Shown here one piece after another: positions 43,991 to 55,200 of a stretch of 59,658 nt of DNA (the stretch's first letter is position 1; every line of letters begins with the position of its first letter). Under the pieces are notes generated by a model, which was not told where the DNA came from, did no database searches, and saw only the letters and a program-made list of their open reading frames with translations. Position numbers and translations under genes: made by a program. Where the stretch lies: positions 1 through 59,658 of IMG/VR virus record IMGVR_UViG_3300033067_000068. One strand, given 5' to 3'. The DNA comes from a virus (lineage: Duplodnaviria; Caudoviricetes).

Positions 43991-44938
43991 ATGAACATCA
44001 TTCCATTCGACTCCGGCAGCAACCTGCCTTCCTTCCTCAAAAAAGTTGACGTTGCTGCGCTCAACGCCGACCTGACCGCTCACGCTGGTGGCGGCTTCCC
44101 TGTCATTTCCATCAAGGGCAAAGTCTTTGCCGTGGTGCGGGATGGTGAGCGCGAAATCCAGATGAACCCCAAAGACCCTGACAGCGCTGCTACGAGCCTG
44201 AACGTGGTGTTGCTAAAAGCCAACAAGGGCACCAGCAAGGTGTTCTACATCAAGGGCTACGACAAGGATTCCAGCGAAGGCCAGAAGCCTGACTGCTACT
44301 CCAATGATGGTGTTGAGCCAGCTGCGGACGCTCAGAACAAGCAAGCCAAGAAGTGCGCTACCTGCCCACACAACCAGTGGGGTTCGCGTATCTCCGAGAA
44401 GGGTGCTACCAAGGGCAAGGCTTGCGCAGACGCCGTTCGTATGGCTGTGGCTCCTGCCGGTCAGATCAATGACGCCATGCTGCTGCGTGTGCCTCCAGCT
44501 TCCATCAAGGCTCTGGGCGAGTACGGTCAGATGTTGGCCAAGCGCGGCGTTGGCTACAACATGGTCGTGACCAAGGTTGGCTTCGACTTGCAGGCTGAGT
44601 CTCCCAAGCTGACGTTCTCCGCTGTTGGTCTGCTCGATGACGAGGGCTTTGCTGAAGTCCAAGAGATCGCTGCGTCTGACGTGGTGTCCAACATCCTCGG
44701 CGCGTCTGTGGTTGCTGGCATTGCTGCTGATGCCCCCACTGTTGAGGAAGCTGAGGAAGAATCCCCAGCTCCTGTGGTCAAGCCCAAAGCCAAACCCGTG
44801 GTTGAGGAAGCCGCCGAAGAAGAGGAAGCTCCTAAGCCTGTGGCCAAGCCCAAAGCTGCTGCAAAGCCAGCTCCTAAGCCAGCTCCAGTTGAAGACGACA
44901 TGGACCTCGACCTCGACGGTATCAGCTTCGACGACTAA
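43991..44938 (+). CDS. ssDNA-binding / annealing protein
   Basis: ISIKGKVF, PDCYSNDG, CATCPHN.WGS..GKAC; acidic tail DLDGISFDD. Confidence 0.7.
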   Translation: MNIIPFDSGSNLPSFLKKVDVAALNADLTAHAGGGFPVISIKGKVFAVVRDGEREIQMNPKDPDSAATSLNVVLLKANKGTSKVFYIKGYDKDSSEGQKPDCYSNDGVEPAADAQNKQAKKCATCPHNQWGSRISEKGATKGKACADAVRMAVAPAGQINDAMLLRVPPASIKALGEYGQMLAKRGVGYNMVVTKVGFDLQAESPKLTFSAVGLLDDEGFAEVQEIAASDVVSNILGASVVAGIAADAPTVEEAEEESPAPVVKPKAKPVVEEAAEEEEAPKPVAKPKAAAKPAPKPAPVEDDMDLDLDGISFDD

Positions 44939-45004
44939 GCAACTTGTGAGGCCAGTGACGTATCTTTTTTGATGCGGCTGAAGTACACTGGCCTCACTCT
45001 TTCG

Positions 45005-45024
45005 AGCCCGCTAGCGGGCTTTTT
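45005..45024 (+). terminator. intrinsic terminator after ssb
   Basis: AGCCCGCTAGCGGGCT palindrome followed by TTTT. Confidence 0.65.
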
Positions 45025-45073
45025 CGCTTTCTGGAGTGGCTATGAGTTGCAGAAAAACAACAGCGGGTGAAGT

Positions 45074-48000
45074 ATGAACACCCTTGAGTTCCTCAAAACA
45101 ATACTGCCGGAGTTCGGCATCCATTACCTAGCCCTGTTCAAAGAGGGCTACAAATTTCCAGCTCACAAGGTCTACACTGATCTTGAGACAATGGCCGAAG
45201 CCATTGAGGGTATGGCTGACAGCAAACAGCTGTCGGTGTACCACGCCTGCGCGTCCTACCAAAAAGCCGTCATCGAGTTGGACGAGCTGGACGTCAAGGG
45301 CAACCCCAAGCGCAAGTACCGCATCCCGGAGAACTGGGACAAGGCCAAGGCGTTCTGGGTGGACGTTGACTGCGGCCAAGACAAGTTCGACAAGGGGCAG
45401 GGCTACCTGACCAAGAAAGACGCTTGTGTGGCCATGGCCAAGTTCGCCAAGGACGTTGGTATCCCACGCCCCATGCTGGTTGATTCCGGCAATGGCGTCC
45501 ACGCATACTGGCCCCTAACCCATGAGATCGGCCACGAGTTGTGGCGCAAAGTGGCAACGGTCCTCAAGGCTACGCTGGCCCATGCCAAAGTCATTGCTGA
45601 CCCAACCCGTACGGCTGACTTCAGCTCCATCCTGCGCCCAGTGGGCTCGACCAACCGCAAGAACGGTGACGCCAAGGCAGTCAAGGTGCTGGCCACCTGC
45701 GAGGCAATGGACCCCAAAGAATTCGCCGTGACGCTGTTCGCCTACGCCAAAGAGCATGGTGTCAAGCCGATCAAAGAGACCCCCAAAAAACAGTATCAGC
45801 CGACTGACCTTAATTCTGACCTGACTGCTCACCTGACGCAGTACCCAGATGTGCCGGTAGATGCCGACGTCATGGCCAGCAAGTGCCAACAAGTCGGTGC
45901 TATGCGCGATACCATGGGTGACGTGGAGTACGAAGTCTGGCGGCGCGTCATCGGACTGCTGACATTCTGTGAGGGTGGGCGTGAGCTGGCTCAGACATGG
46001 ACTTCCAAGCGCGAAGCGACTGGTCATGACAGCCTCGACTGGGACATCAAGTACGACTCGTGGAACGCTGGGCCCACCACCTGCGAGTCTTTCCAAGGCT
46101 GCAACCCTGACGGCTGCAACGGCTGCGCGTTCAAAGGCAAGATCAAGACTCCGCTGATGCTAGGTAGGGTAATCCCTGAGCCTGAACCAGTTGTCGAAGA
46201 GACTGTTACAGAAGACGGTGTTGAGGAGCAAGCGACCATTCCGCCGCTCCCTCGTGGCTACCAGTGGGACGCAGGTCTGTTGAGCCGCCTCATACCCGAC
46301 AAAGAGGGCGTGCTGCAGGTGTTCCCGTTCTGTGAGAACCTGTTCTACCCAACAACCCGCATCCGTGGTGAAGATGGCACGTTCCGTTATGGCATCCGTC
46401 TGCACCTACCTGACAAGCGCATACGCGACTTCGAGATTTCGGGTGAGTCCGTGGCGTCACCAACGGATTTGTTGAGGGCTATGGCCCGATATGAACTGAC
46501 CAAGAGCAACCATAAAAACGCTGGAGAGCATATGGCGGCATACCTGCTGGACCAGCTGCAGTCCTTAAAGCGCAGCATCACCGAGACCAATACCATGACG
46601 GCCTTTGGCTGGAAGGATGACCACAAGTCGTTCCTGATCGGCGAAACCCTGTACCTGCAAGACGGCAGTGAGCGCAAAGTACTGGTCGGCGGCAACGCCA
46701 AGGAGCGTGCCGCTACGTTCAAGAACAGCCGTGGCAGCTTGGAAGGCTACGCCGAAGCCCTGAACTTCATGTACAACCGCCCCGAGGCTGTCCACTGGCA
46801 ATACGCCATCTGTGCTGGCTGGGGTTCACTGGTGTCGCACCACTGCGAAGACCTGTACAAAGGGCTGATTCTGGCCCTGCAAGGCGGCAAGTCCGGTCGA
46901 GGCAAGACCACTGCGTGCCACGCTGCGCTGGCTGCGTTCGGCAACCCCGAGAAGATGACCCTGAACTCCAAGGAAGGCTTCACCACCAACGCTCTGTGGG
47001 CTACGCTGGGTGTGTACAACAACATCCCTGTGCTGGCTGATGAGCTGACCAACATGGAAGCTGGCGTGTTCAGTGACGTGGCCTACGGCGTATCCAACGG
47101 CCAAGACAAGGTCCGACTGACTTCCAAAGGTGGCGGTGTGGTTTTCGCCAAGTCGTCCGAGTGGCGGCTCAACGTCTACGTTACCGGCAACCGGGACTTC
47201 TACGGCCTGCTAGCTGCCAACCAAGCCAACTCACAGGCTGAAGCCGTGCGTCTGATTCAGCTGAACGTGGACCGCTACGACTCACTGATGCTGGTGAACC
47301 GGGCCGACTACCCAGAGACCGAGGAAGGCGAAGACGCTTGGAGGTCAGCTTCCGCCATGGTGGCTGCCGAGAACATCAAGAAGATGACCGCCAACTCTGG
47401 CCATGCAGGTGCTGCCATGGTCAAGTACATTCTGGCCAACGAAGCCGAGGTGTACCGCGACATGCAGACCATGCTGGGCAAGTTCACTGAGGTATTGTCC
47501 AACCCCAAGTTCCGCTTCTACCGGGCGCACAGCGCCTGCACCATTGTGATCGCCAAGATTGCCAAGAAGCTGGGCATCGTTCAGTTTGATATCCGTGAGC
47601 TGTACAAGTTCACCGTTAACCTGTTGCGCGAACTGGCCGAGTCTGTCAACGAGAACAACACCGTGTCTTCCGAGGACGGTTTCCAGCGCATGGTCGGCAT
47701 GCTGAGCCAGCGCATCATCGTAACCACCGAGTGCCGTGACAGCCGTGACGGTCGTGGGCCCGAGACACCGCGCAACCGAGTCAATGGTCCTATCGCTGGT
47801 CGGTATATCCTTGGCACAGTCAACAACAAAGAGCTGGCCGGTCGATTGATTTTGTCGCAGAAGGAAGTGCGCGACTGGTGCATGGCCAACCGCATGGACT
47901 ACCACTCGATGGTGGCCAGTCTGAAAGACGATGGTGCCTTGATATCCCAAGGCGAGAAGTTCGTAATCACCCGTGGCACAGACTGCACGTCACAGCAAAC

Positions 48001-48106
48001 ACGCTGCATCGTGGTTGATACCCGGCGTTTGAACGCTGAATCGACAACCCCTGTGTTGTCCTTGGTCAGCAACCAGTTTGACGGTGACGCTGCCAACGAG
48101 GTATGA
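45074..48106 (+). CDS. primase-helicase (RepB/AEP-like primase + DUF927 helicase)
   Basis: WVDVDC, DSGNGVHAYW, ILRPVGS.N.K; Cys cluster C..F...C.GC; GKSGRGKT; LADELT. Confidence 0.85.
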   Translation: MNTLEFLKTILPEFGIHYLALFKEGYKFPAHKVYTDLETMAEAIEGMADSKQLSVYHACASYQKAVIELDELDVKGNPKRKYRIPENWDKAKAFWVDVDCGQDKFDKGQGYLTKKDACVAMAKFAKDVGIPRPMLVDSGNGVHAYWPLTHEIGHELWRKVATVLKATLAHAKVIADPTRTADFSSILRPVGSTNRKNGDAKAVKVLATCEAMDPKEFAVTLFAYAKEHGVKPIKETPKKQYQPTDLNSDLTAHLTQYPDVPVDADVMASKCQQVGAMRDTMGDVEYEVWRRVIGLLTFCEGGRELAQTWTSKREATGHDSLDWDIKYDSWNAGPTTCESFQGCNPDGCNGCAFKGKIKTPLMLGRVIPEPEPVVEETVTEDGVEEQATIPPLPRGYQWDAGLLSRLIPDKEGVLQVFPFCENLFYPTTRIRGEDGTFRYGIRLHLPDKRIRDFEISGESVASPTDLLRAMARYELTKSNHKNAGEHMAAYLLDQLQSLKRSITETNTMTAFGWKDDHKSFLIGETLYLQDGSERKVLVGGNAKERAATFKNSRGSLEGYAEALNFMYNRPEAVHWQYAICAGWGSLVSHHCEDLYKGLILALQGGKSGRGKTTACHAALAAFGNPEKMTLNSKEGFTTNALWATLGVYNNIPVLADELTNMEAGVFSDVAYGVSNGQDKVRLTSKGGGVVFAKSSEWRLNVYVTGNRDFYGLLAANQANSQAEAVRLIQLNVDRYDSLMLVNRADYPETEEGEDAWRSASAMVAAENIKKMTANSGHAGAAMVKYILANEAEVYRDMQTMLGKFTEVLSNPKFRFYRAHSACTIVIAKIAKKLGIVQFDIRELYKFTVNLLRELAESVNENNTVSSEDGFQRMVGMLSQRIIVTTECRDSRDGRGPETPRNRVNGPIAGRYILGTVNNKELAGRLILSQKEVRDWCMANRMDYHSMVASLKDDGALISQGEKFVITRGTDCTSQQTRCIVVDTRRLNAESTTPVLSLVSNQFDGDAANEV

Positions 48107-48152
48107 TTCCCCCGCTGATTGTCATGTCAGCTCCTTTGTGTTGAGGAACTTC

Positions 48153-48184
48153 ACCCCCGAGTCGAAAGGCCCGGGGGTTTTTTT
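48153..48184 (+). terminator. intrinsic terminator at the convergence of the two arms
   Basis: ACCCCCG-AGTC-GAAA-GGCC-CGGGGGT then T run. Confidence 0.8.
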
Positions 48185-48185
48185 G

Positions 48186-48368
48186 TCACTTCATTTTCGA
48201 GGTGGACTTCTTACCCTCATACTTCTTCTCCATGGCGGCGTAGGCTTTTTTGCCACCGGCCATCTTCTTTTCCATGGCTTCCATCTTTGCAGATTCGCCT
48301 TTTCCGAACGGGTTGGCTTTGGCTTTGTTTGTGGCGGTACGCTGACCGCGCATTGGCATTGCTTTCAT
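48186..48368 (-). CDS. small Lys/Met-rich basic protein
   Basis: GGAG RBS; 60 aa. Confidence 0.65.
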   Translation of the reverse strand: MKAMPMRGQRTATNKAKANPFGKGESAKMEAMEKKMAGGKKAYAAMEKKYEGKKSTSKMK

Positions 48369-48385
48369 TGGATTCTCCAGTTAGG

Positions 48386-48619
48386 TTAACGGTACTTCGC
48401 GGTTTTCGCAGCGATCTTTTTGGGTTGCGCTACAAACTGTTTGCCTGCAGCTTTGCCAGCGCGTTTGGCTCGCGTCGTGGCTGCGTACTCTGCAGGGCTT
48501 AGGCTCTTGATGGCAGCAGCAGGCAAGTACCGCTCACCAGTGTCAGATGATCGCTTACCGCTTTTGGTCGTCCACTTCTGGTCCGTCCAGTCTTTGAGGG
48601 ACTTCTGCGGGGCTTTCAT
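48386..48619 (-). CDS. small basic protein (DUF5872-like, C-terminal half)
   Basis: QKSLKDWT.QKW.TKSGK.S..TGERYLP...EYAATT.AKR...GKQF. Confidence 0.75.
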   Translation of the reverse strand: MKAPQKSLKDWTDQKWTTKSGKRSSDTGERYLPAAAIKSLSPAEYAATTRAKRAGKAAGKQFVAQPKKIAAKTAKYR

Positions 48620-48765
48620 TTCTTCGCTTTCTTTGGCGGCGTGTGAGTCAGCACCTGACTCTTGGCCGTGTGCTTTGCGCCGGTCATCAAGACACCACCC
48701 TCTTTGTGCATGGGGCCGGTGTAGACCTTGCCGCTCGGCAGGTAGTGCGTTGCAGTCTTACTCAT
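48616..48765 (-). CDS. 49-aa basic protein
   Basis: HYLPSGKVYTGPMHK...LMTGAKH; ATGA overlaps at both ends. Confidence 0.7.
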   Translation of the reverse strand: MSKTATHYLPSGKVYTGPMHKEGGVLMTGAKHTAKSQVLTHTPPKKAKK

Positions 48766-48950
48766 GATTTGTAACCCCCGCCAGCGGCCTTGTATTTCTT
48801 GGCCACGAGCTGTGCTTTGCGGGCGCTCCACTGGCCTGCGGCAGTGCCTTGTGTAGCAGCAGCTTTGACCTGAGACACGATCCGCTTGCGCAGTTCGGGC
48901 TTGGTATAGTTGCCAGCGGCGTTCACCGTGGACTTAGCCTTGGTAGCCAT
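48762..48950 (-). CDS. small basic protein (DUF5872-like, N-terminal half)
   Basis: NYTKPELRKR...GQWSARKAQL.AK.YK..GGGY. Confidence 0.75.
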   Translation of the reverse strand: MATKAKSTVNAAGNYTKPELRKRIVSQVKAAATQGTAAGQWSARKAQLVAKKYKAAGGGYKS

Positions 48951-49234
48951 TACCACTTTACCTTGTCAGCCCAATAGGCTGCAGACATCTTGCCCTTGGC
49001 AATGTTGCTGGCGTGTCGAGCCTTGAAAGACTCTCGGCGGTTTTGATACGCCTCGGATTCACCAGCTTTCTTGGGCGACCCCTGCACACCTTGTTGACCA
49101 AAGCGAATGGTCTTGACCTGATCGCCTGACTTGGCCACGACAACGTGGCTCTTGGTTGGGTGGTTCGGTGTGGCCTTGGGCTTGTTATAGCCCGACACGC
49201 CTGCGCGTGCCAGTCTGCTGTCTTTAGTCGCCAT
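48950..49234 (-). CDS. small basic conserved phage protein
   Basis: KTIRFGQQG...RRESFKARH...SAAYWADKVKW. Confidence 0.75.
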   Translation of the reverse strand: MATKDSRLARAGVSGYNKPKATPNHPTKSHVVVAKSGDQVKTIRFGQQGVQGSPKKAGESEAYQNRRESFKARHASNIAKGKMSAAYWADKVKW

Positions 49235-49246
49235 GGATGATTCTCC

Positions 49247-52200
49247 TTAGTTTGCAGCTACAGATTCTGCCAGTTTCTTCTGGCCTTCGCGGTATGCCAC
49301 ACCACCAACGGTGCGCTGCTCCCGAGCTTTCTGCTCTTGCGGTGCTTTGAGCAGGTTAGACACTGGCTGAGGCTTCAGGCCATTGCGCTGGCGAGCCTGC
49401 TGCAGTTTAGTCCATGCCGCACGGGCTTCGGCCATACCTTCGGTGTCTTTTTCACGGACAGCCTTGGCGTAGTCGTTCTTGATGCGCGTGGTGCGGTCGT
49501 TGAAGTTTTCAGTGATACCCCGCATGCGGTTCTGGCGCTCGTAGGTAACAGCCTGCTTCACGGCTGGTACACCCAAGGCAGTCAGCACTGTGTCGATTGC
49601 ACCAATCTCGCTGTCAGGCAAGATCACATCACCATTGCGGCGGGTCATGCCTTCGGCAGCTTGACGGCCAGCCTTGAGTGCGTCGGACACACCCTTTGGC
49701 ATAGTGCGCTCAACACCCTTGTAGTAGTCACCGCTGGCAATCAGGCCGAGGCCGTCAATCACACGGGACGACATACCCAGAGCAGCGCCACCCAGCAATG
49801 TACCAAGAGCTTCGGCGCGACCTGCGTTGGTGCTCAAGTCAGCGTCACTGAATGGCATGATGGACAGCATGTTGCCAGAGCCGATCTTGCCGGACAAGTC
49901 CATGCCCACAACGGTGGGAGCGCCGCGCATAACCATGTCAGCCCACTCTGGGCCAAGCGCCTTGCGCATTTCAGCAGTCAGGTCGTATGGCTCATCCTCG
50001 TCACCGAAGAAGCCCAAGATCGCAGAGATAGCAGCGTAACCGGGCAGGCCCATCATGCCAGCGAACACAGCAGTGTGGCTGAGTGAGTAGGCCAGTGTGC
50101 GCAGTGCAGCAGCACGCTCTTCAGGCTTAGTGAACGCATCACGAATCAGCTTGGCGTAGAACGCGATCTGAATCAACTGGAACTTGCGGAACTGCAAAGC
50201 CACCTTACCCCACTGGGTGTTGAACGCACGAGGAGCGTTGAAGGCAGTGTAGTCACCATGAGTCTCAGTCAGAATGTCAGCAGCGTACTGAGTTGCCTTG
50301 GCAGCGTCCTTGGTACGGGCATACTCCAATCGGTACGCAGCAATGGCAGTAGACAAGCGGTTGGTGGCTTCCACTTTCTGGACGGCCATACGCATGCCTT
50401 TGTTCAGGCGCTGTGCAAACTGGCTGAGTTTTCCGTCAGCGTCTACCTTGTACTCGTTGATCTCAGTGGCCAGACCAATGTCGATCTTGCCTTGGTTGAC
50501 CAAGTCGTTGATGGCAGTACGCACGTCAGCAGGCACTTTGGAGAAGTCAAACTGTTGGTCAAACAGCTTCACATCTTTGAATAGTGGGCCCAGCTCTGTG
50601 TACGCCTTGGCCAGCTCAGCAGCAGCTTTGGTGTAATCGTGACGACCTGCCATGGCAGGCAGCGACATCATGAACGGCTGAGTCAAGTTCTGCAGGTAGT
50701 AGCCGGGACTGGAAGCCAAGAAGAACTTGGACGCCAGGTTGGTCAAGACGTTGATGAACGGGTTGTTCTTTGGCTCCAGCGAGTCGGCGTAGCGTTTGGT
50801 CAGTTCGTCGAAGATTTCCGACTTGCGCTCGCGGTCGCCAGTGCGCGACTGGTTACGCATCTGCTGCAGAGCATCCTGAATCTTAGGCTCATACTCAACG
50901 CTGGCCAAGAAGTTGGCATCGGCACGACCTTGCTGTGTGAACGACTGGAGCATGTCCACTTCACCGGCTACACCACGGCGACGCATTTCAGACTTGCGAG
51001 CACTGCCCTCAGCCAACGCCTCCAAGTACAACTGGTTGATGATGTTCAGCAGCTTGCCAGCTGTTGGGTCTTTCTTGCCGTTGGCGTCTTGGGCACGACT
51101 GTCCACAGCGGCACGCATCTTGGTCAGAGCTGGCAGCATAGCCTCGCCACTGAATGCTTCGTCGAACGAATCAGAGCGCTTCACGATTTGTGGGCTATCG
51201 AACACACCCTGTTCAGCCAGCTTGTCGCTGAGGTTTCGAGCCTGCCACTTGGTATCGACAAACGACACATGGTAGTGGTCTGGGTCGGACTCCAACTTCT
51301 TGACTGTGGCCGTGTCACCCTTGGCCTTGGCGGCTTTGTACTCAGCGGACTCACCGATCACAACGTAAGCACCAGTACGCTTGATGGGTGCGTATGGCAC
51401 ACCCTCGCGGATGCGGAACAGTGTCTGGAAGCGCTTGAGTGTGGCAGCTTTCTCAGCCTTGAGCTTGGCTTCTGTCTGGGTGTCACCAGCGTCCTGAGCT
51501 GCCTTAATCATGGCGTCGTACTCAGAGTTGGTGGCGTTCAGCACAATGCGCTTCTTGTTGGACAGCGTAGCGTCACCATGGGCAAACACGTCTTTGACGA
51601 ACTGCTGAGCCTTGGGGCCCAACGCATCGAACATAGCACCCATCTTGGCATCGCGGTACTTGCCGTAACCCCACTTGCCTGTGCGGGTGGACTCAAACAA
51701 GAACTCGTTGACCGAGCCGGGGCCAGAGCCTTTGTTGGCGTCTTCAATCAGGGCGTAGCCATCAGCGATCTTTTCGATCTTGCGCTCTTCTTCACTGACC
51801 TTGGCGTTGCGTGCAGCAAGGCGGTCGGCAAATGTCTTGGCGGCACCCAGACCCAAAGCCTGAGCACGCTTGACCAGATCGTTTGTGAAGACGGCGTAGT
51901 CTAGGTACTTGCCGCCCAGATCGCCAATGGCAGCAGTCAGGTTCTTCACCGGCTGCTGGGACTGCTTTGGCAACTTGGCAATGTTGCGGTCGATCAGCCC
52001 TTGCGGTACTGCGTTCTTGCCAAACTTCATGCGCTGGCGATCAGCCGCAATCTCAGAACCAACACGGAAAATGTTCTTGTCATCAAAAATGATGAGGTTG
52101 CGCGTCTTTGGGTTCTGAACAACAGAGATGTCTTTCTCATTGGCGTTCAACCACGCTAGCTGCTTGGCTTGATATACAGTACGTTCAGCCAAAGCTTTGG

Positions 52201-55200
52201 CATCAGCCAGCGCCTTACTTTCGTCAAACTTTACGCCATATCTAGCGGCGATATCTTTGTCGGTATCAACAAACCTTTGTTCGTATTCAGCAACTTTTTC
52301 TGTAAGGGCCTGCTTTGTCTCGGCAAGTCCATTACGCAAGACGTCTGACAGAACGAGGAACTGCATAGCCTTGTCGCTGTCTGAGCCTCGGTACTTACGC
52401 ACTTGATCCCGCAGATCATCACGGTTGTATCGGCGACCATCAAACGAGATGGCATTAGAAGCCGAGCCTCTGCTCTTGGCGTCATAAAACTTAATGCCAT
52501 CCAGACCAATACCGCGTAGTAAGTGACTGGCAGCTTCATGGAATTTACCTTGGCGAACGGCCTCATCGAACTGCTTGTCTTGCCCCGCTGGCAGGGAGAT
52601 AGCGTCGTCCATGATGAGTAGGCTGAGCAGACCCAGATCATTTTCACCTGAGCCAATCAAGTCTTTGCCAGTCAGCTCTTCCACGTCTTTGTTGGTGCGA
52701 TCAACGATGTCATCGGCCACAGGATCGAGCAGCGCCATCAGTTTGTCAGCCACGTAGCTGGACTGTTTGATAACTGGCTTGTCATAGTCAAACACGCGCT
52801 CGTCTTCTACTGCCGTGTCAACGCGCATCAAGTTGCCTTCTGCGGTGCCGCCTTTGCGCTCTACGTCAGCTTTCCAGTAGCCCTTAGCAATACCAGTACG
52901 CTGAGCAAGGTAAGTGCCCCAACCGTAGGCGGTTGCACCTTCACCCGAGCCTATGAACTTGTTGCGGAAGTTGCGGAACGCAGCGGCAGTGCCGTGCCAC
53001 GTACCGTTGATCTCCAAGCGAGCAGCGCCGTAGGCCAAGTTGACAACGTCTTGGGCTGTCATGGACTCAGGCTTCATGCCCAGCTTGCGAGCGGCCACTT
53101 TGAACGCAGCCCACAGAGTGCGGAACCAGTTACGCAGGGGGCCGGACAGCTTGGCGTCAGTGGCAGCAGTTGGGTCAACGCCCATCTCCATGGCCGACTC
53201 GATGAAGTACGCAATCAGTTCTGACCGCCGGTCTTCCGCAGGAGTTTCTGCAGCTTGCACACGCTCGAAGGCTTGCAGTGCTAGTTCAGCTTCCAGAGAG
53301 CCGTCAGCTTTCTTGGCCCATGCCTTGATCTGGCTGACCAGCTTGTCCTGATCTGCTTTGGTGAGCAGGTTGTCCAGACCTAAGTGTCCGCCGACTTCGT
53401 GCATGAACTTGGCACGACCGGAGCCCTGCTTGATGCGGTTGGCCACCAAGAACGCACGACCATCTACGGCCACGCCGTAGGCACCTTGAAGCTGCAGTGC
53501 AGCGCCGACGGCCCGGATGTTTTTGTCACTAGACGACAGCAGATCAGCAACACTGTCCACCACCATGAGCTTGCGACCGGGGATGTCAGAGCGGATAAAC
53601 GCTTTGAGTTCAGCCAGCAGTTGTTTGGCTGTGTAGGGCTCAGTGGCAGGAGCTGACTCAGTACCGAACTTCATGCCGGACTTGGCCAACTTGGTCAGCT
53701 CAGTCTCTACATCAGCCTTAGTCCAGTTGTCAGGGCCGAAGTCAATAAAGTCTTCTTGCTGAGTCTTTGTCAGTTGCGCAAACTTGGGGGCGTCTGGATA
53801 CTCAGCAGCTACTACATCCCACGCTTGGGCTGCTTGCTCGGCTTCGGTGAGGATTTTGGCTGGGACTTGGGCTTGGCCTTCTGCGGCAGACTTTTTGGCA
53901 CGCCGTACTTGTCCGCCCACTTTTTCGCCAGTTCCGGCTTCTGGCTGAACAGATACCCCTGCTGGGCTCTCGACTTGAACGGCATCAACTTTCTCCAGTT
54001 TGGCCAGTTTGACAGACAGCTCTTTTGTCTGCCCGCTCTGGAACGCCACAGTAACAGTGGTCGAGTCGCCATCACCGGCAAAGCTCTTGACCACACCTGT
54101 ACCCAGCTTGGGGTTCTTGACAGTATCACCAACGGCAAGGCCGTTACGGTCAGCCTGCAACTTGGCTGCACGCTCGGCGCGGAACTTGGCAGCTTCAGCT
54201 TCCTTGGCTGCATCCTTCTCTTCAGCTGCTTTTTCGGCAGCTTTGCCTTTACCCTTGGTCTTTTTTGTAACCGCAGCGGATTCTGGCTTGGCCTCATAGC
54301 TAGACACAATGGCTTCGTACTCAGCAGTCAGCGCAGCAACACGTTCGGCTGCAGCAGCCTCAGCTTGCGCGAGCCCCAGTTGATTCAACTCAGCGGCAGC
54401 AGCTTTCAGCTCAGCAATAGTGTCAGCAATAGAAACCAGCTTGACGGCCAGTTGACTACCAGCGGTGCTGGCCTTTTGCCATTCGCGTGCATCGTCCAAG
54501 TTACCAAACGCCTCGCCAGCCTCACCTTCGATACCAGCTTCACGGAACGCAGCGGCCATGTCGCCGGAGTCAACTTCGTCGTTGATACGGGTGATCTGCT
54601 CGTCCAGCTCAGCCATGCGAGCAATGTCGGCTTTTGTCGGTTTGGCTTTGGCTTTCAGTCGTGCCAGTTCGCCTTCCAGTTTGCCCAGTTCAGTGGCCAG
54701 AGCTTTTTGTGCGGACTCAATACCCAAGCGATCAAACACCTGAGCACGGTCAAAGCCCATGGACACAGCAATGTCAGCCAGCTTTTCTGGGTTGCCGATC
54801 TGACGCACGCGTGATTCAGCGATTCCGAACGAGTCAGCAATTTCCTTGGCAATGTTGCCCTTGTATCCGCTTGGTACAGCACGACGTGCTGTGATGTAGG
54901 CACGCAAAATCTTGCGATCACGATCAGCGTTCTTGCCTTTGCCGACTTGCTCCTCAATGACGGCGTTCAAGTCATCATCAGTGAAGTCACGTTGGTCAGC
55001 ACGCAAGCCAGCTTCCTCTTCACGCATGGCTTCAATTTCAGCAGCGTTGCCAGTGGCGCGAGCAATCTCCAGCGCGTCGTCAGACGTATCAACTAGCGCA
55101 GTGGTACCAGCGGCACCTCGGGTGGTTGGTTCTTGTCCTTGCGGCGCTGCTTGGATGGTTTGAGGGGCTTGAGTGCCACTTGGTGCTCCAGTAGTTACAG

